From positions 2,108,001 through 2,172,000 of the forward strand of contig MU008161.1 in assembly GCA_010909165.1 (NCBI GenBank): a stretch of 64,000 nt of DNA, given 5' to 3'. The first letter of the stretch is position 1; each line of letters begins with the position of its first letter. Source of the stretch: Anthoceros angustus (taxonomy: Eukaryota > Plantae > Anthocerotophyta). Below, in pieces: positions 55,901 through 64,000 of the stretch. The position numbers and the translations under genes are program-made. The notes under the pieces were generated by a model, which had not been told where the DNA came from, did not search any database, and saw only the letters and a program-made list of their open reading frames with translations.

Positions 55901-56948
55901 TTTCCCCTTGCACCATGGCCCCTGACTTGTGATCCCCTTCCAAAGCCCCTACCAGTGGCAAAACTTTCTTGTGTTTGCCTGCACATCAATACACCAGATC
56001 ATTGCCAGTGAGATACCAGACGCCCTGCACATTGGTGTCAGCATGTAAGCCATCCATCCCAACCTAACCCAACTTGACTCGTTCCTCCCCTGTGAGGAGG
56101 AGGACTTACTTCTGCCACTCAGACGCTGTCGAATCCACGAAAGCTTTGATCCTGTTAGCTTCATCGTCTTGAATTGCAGACTGCTGATGGACTTGAGGAG
56201 CTTGGGGCTGTGGTGCAAAGAGGTCGACACCAAAGTCATCGAGGTCATTGGACTCATCCGGCTGCAGAGCACAAATGTATGTCACGGGATCAGCTGATGT
56301 GCTGGAAGAAAACAGATTTGTTTCAACATCACCTGCACAACACAGTGCCCGAAGGCCTACCATGTGTTTGTATGAAGGTCCAGGAGCTCCAACCCTGTTC
56401 TTCACTGGAGAGACATGATCCGTACCACCTCCAGAAGGCTTTCTGCAAATACGGTAACTTGTACGTGTTAGACTTGAGAGGAGGAGGCTGGGACAAAGAT
56501 GGTACTGGCATGCTGCAAAATAAAAAATAAAAAAGTGAAGCAGAAGTGGAAGAAGAAGAAGAGCAGATGAGTGTGTACTCTTGCTTGACTTCTGCCACGA
56601 CGGGAGCCCGATGTCTGGCAGGCACCCTACGCACTAAGACAGAGGTGTTTCTGGGCACCAAGTAACCTTCATCCGTATACTCTGTAAATGAGACAGGCAG
56701 ACAAGAAAAATTATAAACCTACTGCTGCACTGAATGAGGGGCGGCAGATGCATCAAAATCCTGCAAAATCGACACAGCCCACCTTCATTCGTTTGGGCGT
56801 TGGATATGAGAATATCAATATTAGGTGCTCTAGACAACTTCGTCTGCTCAAAAATTTTTTCTTTTAAATTTGCAACAGAAATAAAATGCCCCTCAAATGA
56901 GACAGTATCATAATCCTTAGCACTTTTGAATTTGTAATAGACAGCCAT
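52945..56948 (-). CDS. RBBP6/PQT3-like DWNN-zinc knuckle-RING E3 ubiquitin ligase, multi-exon
   Basis: MAVYYKFKSAKDYD..ISVANLKEKI (DWNN), VPRNTSVLVRRVP, PPTGIPKTMLV, PPELRCPLCRGVLKEAVLTSKCCFKSFCD, DDLLPNMTLREAI, MSREQFEARQAEM. The Arg/Ser-rich terminal exon ending at 52945 is inferred. Confidence 0.88.
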
Positions 56949-58589
56949 CTGCTGCGCAGATTTATACACTTGTCCACGGCAATAGGCACAACAACAGACA
57001 GATTCCTTTAGAGCTCCTACTACCCTGTCTCTAACTGGACCTACACCATGCGCTTCACGCTCCTGAAAAATCCCAGAGAATAAGAAGCAAGGCCGATCCA
57101 ATGTCCAATAACCTTAAATCCAGATGTACACGGACACCAGCCGATCCTCGACCGATCAGCACAAGGAATCAAGAGCACACAAAGCAGCGGCGGCGAGTCC
57201 GCACCCAGGAAGCAGAATTGCCGCAAGCAAACCTCCGAGGCTAGGGCAGCGAGCCGAACCCTGGCGCAGAGCTACAGAGAGGCAGGACGGGAGAGATGAC
57301 CAGGAAGGGCAACCACGGCGTCAGTAAGATTGAGCTGCAACACAGCAGGCCGGAGCAGCAGCACCCAAACTCGAATCATTCAGCTTTCCCCGGGCCCCAG
57401 CCCGCACCAAAATGCATGCAATCCCCTGGGCTGGGATGCGGCCTCCCCTGCGAGTCCTAGCCTGTGCTCCTCCGTCTGCCGAGCCGACGCGCACGTCGGG
57501 ATTCGGATCCACCGCCCCTCGCAGAGCTGCAGCGAACCGGGACGCGAGAGCGAAAGCGCGGTAGGTGAAAGAACCCTAGAGAGTGTGGCGAACCCCGGAC
57601 GAAGAAGTAGAGGTGGCTCGCCGGCTGGAGAGAGAGGAAGCGCCCGCGAAGGAGATGGCCTCTCGCGCAAGCCGAGGTATGGACGACACACGCTCAAAAC
57701 TTCATCCCTATGTCTAGCAGCTACTCTGTAGAGGGACGGGGGCACCCACATATATACATAGCTCCATTATCCTTTTTGATAATATAAATCTTTTTCATCA
57801 CCGAGCTTTAGGGAGACCTTATTTCGAGACCTAATAAGACCTAGGCACTTTCTTCGCTCCACTCGATTTCTCAAAGTTCCAAGCTCAAAGGTCTTCCTCT
57901 GCCTCGCTCGAACCTAGCTAGACATACATAGCTGTGCTTTGAATATGCAGCTGCGGCATGAGATGACTAGCCGAACTCCTGCACACAAAGACAGTGAGTT
58001 CTGGACAAGAAGAAGAAGAAGCAGATCCGATCACACCAACATGTGCATCGATCGATGCGAGGCAAACAAATGAGAACTCGAGAAACGGCCCTGCCAAGAG
58101 GCTCTCTTATGCATCTACGCGAAATGAGATTGAGAAGCAGGAATGGGGTTCCAACTCGCCAATACGCATTTTCGTGGAGTAGAAGGGAAGTGTATCACTT
58201 GCTAGATGTTTAGCAATATGAGAGAGGAAGCATTGGTGAATTGTCTATAGAGATACGATGCTTACAAATTGCCTGCAAGTGAAAAGTGGGCAAAACAACC
58301 TGATTGACCTCACTTGCAGGCAAAACAACCTGATTGACCAAGCGATTACATTTTACACATGTGTGCATCCAGCAAAATGCCTCGGGGCCCTGCAACGCTA
58401 GCATTACCATCAGCAAATGAAAATTCTTCTGCAAGTTCCAAGTATGAGATATGCGTTCGAACCAACACCAATAGCTAACTCTCTTGTTGCTATCTCAAAT
58501 ACTTCAGCATTCAACATGGAAACTATGTCCATTACTTCGTTACTTGTCATCTGAAAAGGTGTTTTCTCCCCCGGGGTTGTTTTGATTTA

Positions 58590-59070
58590 TTTTCAAAATA
58601 CCAAATGGAAAAAAAAATTGAAAAGGTGTGTAGCCTGCGGAGCTAACTATGTACGGTATTGTTAAAACAAAACTCCGCATCTTCAAGATGATCACTCCAG
58701 TCTCATTGGTCCATCTGTACATAGTTTCGTAAGTATTCTTCATAGATTCTGTTCACCCTCTCTGTTGATCCATCCGTATCAGGGTAGTACGTTGTGCTCA
58801 AACATAATTGCACTCCTTAGCTCTTCACAAGCTGTTGCCAAAACTCTGTAGTGAATCTGGGATCTTTATTACTCACAATCTACGTAGGCAATCCATGTAA
58901 CACATATATATGCTTCTTGGACAACTTAGCAACTTGAGAAGCTCTCACTCGTTTCTTGGTAGGGATGAAGTGCGCTTGCTTGCTGAATCTATCAACCACT
59001 ATGATGATAGCTAGCTGTGTGTCCATTACTCGCCACCATGCATAATGAAATCCATTAATATACATCGGAA
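58590..59070 (-). mobile_element. Ty3/gypsy integrase fragment, degenerate
   Basis: [68 protein letters not shown], with stop codons. Confidence 0.85.
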
Positions 59071-59072
59071 GG

Positions 59073-59150
59073 CTATGTTGAGAAGTGACCGAGCCTATGT
59101 TGAGAAGTGACCAAGCCTATGTTGAAAAGTGTCCAAGCCCATGTTGAGAT
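59073..59150. repeat. 22 bp tandem GTTGAGAAGTGACCAAGCCTAT x3+
   Basis: Direct inspection. Confidence 0.8.
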
Positions 59151-61789
59151 TTCATTTTCCGGAGATACCTTGCCATGAGGAACACTTCTCCAACAACCAT
59201 GAAATATGTGAGACATCCACATCAAGTTCTTGTAAAGCAATAAATAAGCCTGATGATCATGTGCAAGGGGCGTAAGTAGCACTAGCTTGGGAAAGCAGCA
59301 AGCTGCAACTAGCAACAAGCTCCAATTAGTGCATGCAATTTATGTGTTATCTTCAACCACAAAGCGCCGAGTCCATAGTCCCCATAATTGATGATATCTT
59401 CTCTTCTCAGAGCAATACCTAGAGTTCCCACAGCACATTAGCAGCGTATCAGCACCCTCGAGTCCGAGCACACATCAGCAGCCCATCAGCTCCACATCGC
59501 CTTGCGGCTTCATCCGTCAAGCATTCACGGCCTCGAAAAAGGAATCGCAGAGGTATAACGCTGTCTGCAGTTTTGACCGATTCCGCCTTGCAATATGGCC
59601 AGCAGATACGGCAGAGCTCACCTCAAATCAGCTGGAGACGTCCTCGCACGGGGCTGCAGACATTGCAACGAGCGAAGCCTGAAGCTACTTGAATATGGCA
59701 CATGAGAACCCCCAGCTGACCGTTTGTAGCGACTAGTTCTGCCTACAGCACACGAATGTTGTAGCGTTGATAATTAGCATCGTTGCAATGAGCAGTGCCA
59801 TCAAAGACAACACCTTGAGACCATTCTCATGTGGAATTGACACAACCATCAAACCAGGTCAGAACTCTGGGGGCCAAGAGATGGGCATCTATCCATGTGC
59901 ACAGAGCATCTCACATTCGTAAGCGCCACAGTGCCGAGTATTTCTCATGACTTACTGTATCTCTCCCAGACGTTGTTGACGCAATGGCAGCAGTAGGGGA
60001 TAGAAGTGGGTATGAGCTCACCATGTTCTCACAACATGCTGCGTGGGGCTTGCTTGATTCGGAATCATGAAGCTTGGAAGTCCTAGCCTGGATCACCTAT
60101 ATCCCGCAGAGCAGAGGAGCAGGGAAATGAGACACATCCTGTGAGGAGGAGCACAAAAGGGCCGCAGAAGAATGGCCAACGTTTGGTAGCATACCCAAGT
60201 TGTCAATTGGGATGATTAATACAACGGCTCCCGGTTGCCATTGTCTCCATCCCAATCACTAATGGTAGGGTCGATGATGTCGTTGGAGAAAGAATGAGGA
60301 TTTCAGAGATGAGACCCACCTCGTCTCTGCGATCCGGCGAAACCAGATGGTCGAGTAGATTTCCAGCTTGATACGAGATTACGCGAGTTGGTGGTCTGAT
60401 GGTATGAGGATGGCTGACCCTCCTGAGAATACAAGAAGCAAGCCTGGACGTTGGGGTGGGTGGAGAGCGTTCTTTGCTTTGGTTGCAGGGGAAGAATTTT
60501 GGCATGCAAAAAGGAAGTGCTTCTGGATTTCCTTCATCAAAATTACTTTTCCCTACGAGGACTGTAGTACAGCTTTCTGTAAGAGCTTTCAGTACAACAG
60601 TGGCACCGATACAAGGAATTCTTCAGAAACGTAGTCTCCGTCGGGCATTCATGTAGTCCTTCCTCTCCTAAAAACGACGCAGAGGGTAGTTTTGTAGGCT
60701 TTGATTCAGGCTAACTATTCAAATTCTTGCTTGCGACAAGACTGCATGTGCCTCGACAAGCATTGATCACAAACACCTTGGGCTTCTTGGCCAAATACTT
60801 GCATTCAGTGATGGGCCTCAAAAATATGAACAACAACGTAATGCACCTGCATTCAGTGATGGGCCTTTAAAATATCATCAACAACATAAAGCTTCTCCTG
60901 GCCCGTTCCACTCATGAGCATGTATTGTCTTCCGTCTTCTTCCAACCCCCCATGAGCTACTAAAAGATCACAATATGCACAATTAAACGACGCTGTTCAG
61001 ATTATTGATATATACTAACCTTGAAACTCAGCCTTAGCTTTGTCCATATACTCTTTTGGCCCCAATATGATATGACTATTGATCACCCTTGTATATTTCT
61101 TTATTGGCCTGCAAAATAGACTGCTAGTTTTGCATGTTACTGAAGATGCCTTCCCAGGATTGAATGTAGTATTTATAGCCCTTTCCTTCCTCAGCAAGAA
61201 CCTTTTGGAATAGCTCCTCTGTCATGACAAATTGGTGTTCCCAATACCTACATAGCATGAGGCCTCACACTTTCACATCTAAGGTTCCCTCAACGAGTTT
61301 CATTCCTAGACAACCCTCGTAGGAACCATAGAATGTTGGAATGAATTGAGATGAATGCAAGAATGATAAAATCTTAAATAGCCTTATCTAGATTGAGCCC
61401 GATATCTATGCAGCAGCCTACTTCTGTAGTGAGTTCTACAAAGATGTCCAAAAATTCTGCACGTATTAGAATAGCATTGGGTTACAATTCTATATTGAGC
61501 CCATGCTTTGAACCATAAATATAAAATAATACCTATCATATATATCAAGCTCCTAGGCTTGTGGAACATGCATCTTGTATGCAAAAGATCTAGAAATCAA
61601 TGGCATTGTGAGGCAGTGCCCACAACCGCGCGTAACGGAAAAGCTAAGTACATGGAGAAAGTGCAAAGTGATGTTGGAGAGAAGCATGGCAGCCACAGCT
61701 TCTTTGAGCCCAGCCTCCGCAACGTTATCCTTCCCTCCTTTGCATCCCCCTTGCATCAAGGCAGAGCTTGGTGATGGAATGGTTGGCTG

Positions 61790-61910
61790 AAGTTGTGACA
61801 ATATGGGGAGCATAAAAGATTGGCTAGAGCTGTGACAATATGGGGAGCATAAGAGGAGCTGTGACAATATGGGGAGCATAAGAGGAGCTGTGACAATATG
61901 GGGAGCATAC
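61790..61910. repeat. 29 bp tandem GAGCTGTGACAATATGGGGAGCATAAGAG x3-4
   Basis: Direct inspection. Confidence 0.85.
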
Positions 61911-61924
61911 GAGTCTGTCACTAA

Positions 61925-62035
61925 GAATGTCTTTATTGTGTGTTGTGAAATGGGGCATGCTTGATTTGGCCAATGGCTTGGTAAGTATGTCCACCACTTG
62001 TTTGAGGTAGGTGCACTTCCACTTTGCTAACTATG
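61925..62035 (-). mobile_element. Ty1/copia RNase H C-terminal remnant
   Basis: KCTYLKQVVDILTKPLAK resembles the copia QxADILTKPL motif. Confidence 0.55.
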
Positions 62036-63037
62036 CAAAATCTTCCTAGAAGGAGATCGAAATTGAACTCCGAAGACTTATAAATCGAACTCCAAAGACA
62101 TAGTCGGTGAAAGTGAAAGCAGATGTGAAAAACAGAGGTGATTACAAGCTAGATACCCCCTTGTGCTAAAATTGAAGACATTAGTATTGAATGTGCTTTG
62201 GTTGTGAGGTGGATGCCCGGGCGTTTATAGAGTTGACTACGACAAAAAGACATGATATTATGTTGATATTGATATAATTAGCATGTATTTTTTCAATTAA
62301 TTCTGAAAAATTTAATGGATCTCATCGATTGCATAAACTTTACATGGCTGTAACAAAAACATTATCTAATATACATGGAGATGTGAAAAATATAGCTATA
62401 ATAAAAATGTTTTTTAATGAATGAGCAAGGTTTTTAAATTAATTACCGAATAGAAAATAACGTATGCCATAACCTACTTAGGCATTTTGGATCTAAGTGA
62501 TGAAGATAATGGCCTCTCACAATGTCTTTGCAATTATTTGAAGAATGGTTTAGTGGAAAATTAGTAGATAAAAATCTATAAAAATAATTTAATAAAATTA
62601 TTACATAAAACATGTACATAAGCTGGAAAAGAAGACTTTATAGAGATAAAAGAGATGAAAACCCATCCACCCGTAAAAAGGGAAAACCCAACAAAGGGCA
62701 CCATGCTGGGGGACTACCCACCCACATAAACAGCTCTCCTAATGTGCAATTGGTTTATAATTCATACCAAATCAATATATGTATATATATATATATCATT
62801 AATTTATATTATTTATATACAAATTAATATTTTTATAGATAATATAATATTACATATGAAAATTCTTTGTCCGAGGTATATATGTTGTAGACTTTGTTAG
62901 TGTCCACGTTAAAAATTTGAAGCTTGAGGAAGTGCATCATATGTTTCTGAATTAGTACGTATTTGAGGGGAAAATTAGACGTAAAAGCTATAAAATCAAA
63001 TCATCTAAATATTTAAGAAATGATAATCTGCACAGAA

Positions 63038-63118
63038 GTTGACATGGCCGAGTTGGTCTAAGGCGCCAGATTAAGGTTCTGGTCCGAAAGGGCATGGGTT
63101 CGAATCCCATTGTCAACA
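63038..63118 (+). tRNA. tRNA-Leu (anticodon AAG)
   Basis: GTTGACATGGCCGAGTTGGTCTAAGGCGCCAGATTAAGGTTCTGGTCCGAAAGGGCATGGGTTCGAATCCCATTGTCAACA: long variable arm, anticodon loop TTAAGGT. Confidence 0.96.
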
Positions 63119-64000
63119 GATACTTACGCATTTTCTCTCGATCTTTTCCTCACTTTTTTGCGTTTCTCAAAAAGACAAACCGCAACCGTGCTCTCGTGCA
63201 AAACTTTCCAGATTCCGGCAAAGCAATTTATAAGGCCACCTCTCCCTCTCACTCAACTGAATACTGCGCATCATGGAATGCTTTTTCTGTGCTAGTCGAA
63301 GGGCAACTCTGAAATTTGATAAGGTACCTAGTGCCTTTGCTGATTTAGGCCAAGAGTAAGCTAGCGGACTGTAGTTGTGGGTTTTTTGCATCTCGTTCCT
63401 TTTTATGAACTTCATCGCACTTCTTTCCTGCAACCCACTGCGAGTCACTTTCAGCACAAAGGGATTCGTGTGTCCATGAAGAGGCTCATGCCCCAGCGTT
63501 GTGAATTTGTTGTCAGGCTTTCCCTCAAATATAATTCTTGCCTTGCATCCTTGACAAGTCTCTGGGCTCTCTGATAAGCAAGTCTTGAGGTTCTGCTGCT
63601 GTAGCCTCGACCACGAGGGGACTTGATCACGACATACCTTAGCCACCAAACAATGTCATGAGTTTCACAAAACCTCTGCATATAATTTTACCACCCTCTC
63701 CGCATCACATGGGTCTTCCAGAGCCACATGGTGCCGGTGGGTTCACTTCACATCTTCCGGACATCTGTGCAGCAGTGAGGTTAACAGACAGGTTCAAAGA
63801 GGTGGTACGTGGTGCAGGGGCCGAAATTCGGTCCAAATCTCATATCCTGAAATGGGACACAAGTAGGAAAGAGTAAGGTGGCAGTTGATGTCGGGGCCAC
63901 ACTCATGTGGCCCCGACAAAACCTGGCATTCTATTACAGCGTGGAGCACAAAAATGCTTAATAGTAGTTCACAAACAGATCGGAGCCTCTCATCAGGGCA

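Noticed and set aside
60320-60370. GETRWSS as a hAT transposase motif
   Set aside because: Single short motif with nearby stops and no other hAT blocks; insufficient evidence.

Overview
Eukaryotic nuclear DNA from a gene-dense, short-intron land plant. A non-seed plant, plausibly a hornwort, is inferred from the PLS/E+ PPR style, introns of about 70-110 bp and retention of ISN1. The window holds about 13 protein genes: MOSC/mARC-like, Cdc25 phosphatase, nucleoredoxin, two PLS-E+ PPRs, ISN1 nucleotidase, plastid aspartate aminotransferase, neutral ceramidase, VOC/glyoxalase-like, TSPO, LEC14B/DCAF11 WD40, a cyclin and an RBBP6/PQT3-like E3 ligase. It also has two tRNA genes (Thr-TGT, Leu-AAG) and many repeats. 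The strongest find is an intact five-exon gene for a canonical, animal/fungal-type Cdc25 catalytic domain (HCEFSSSR), a class generally considered absent from land plants. Other highlights are an intron-containing IS3EU-like DDE transposase whose catalytic exon block is triplicated, a ~950 bp foldback palindrome, a compact four-hairpin element, and non-LTR repeats that all sit upstream of and co-oriented with genes. Gene models were spliced by eye and family assignments rest on recalled motifs, not database searches.
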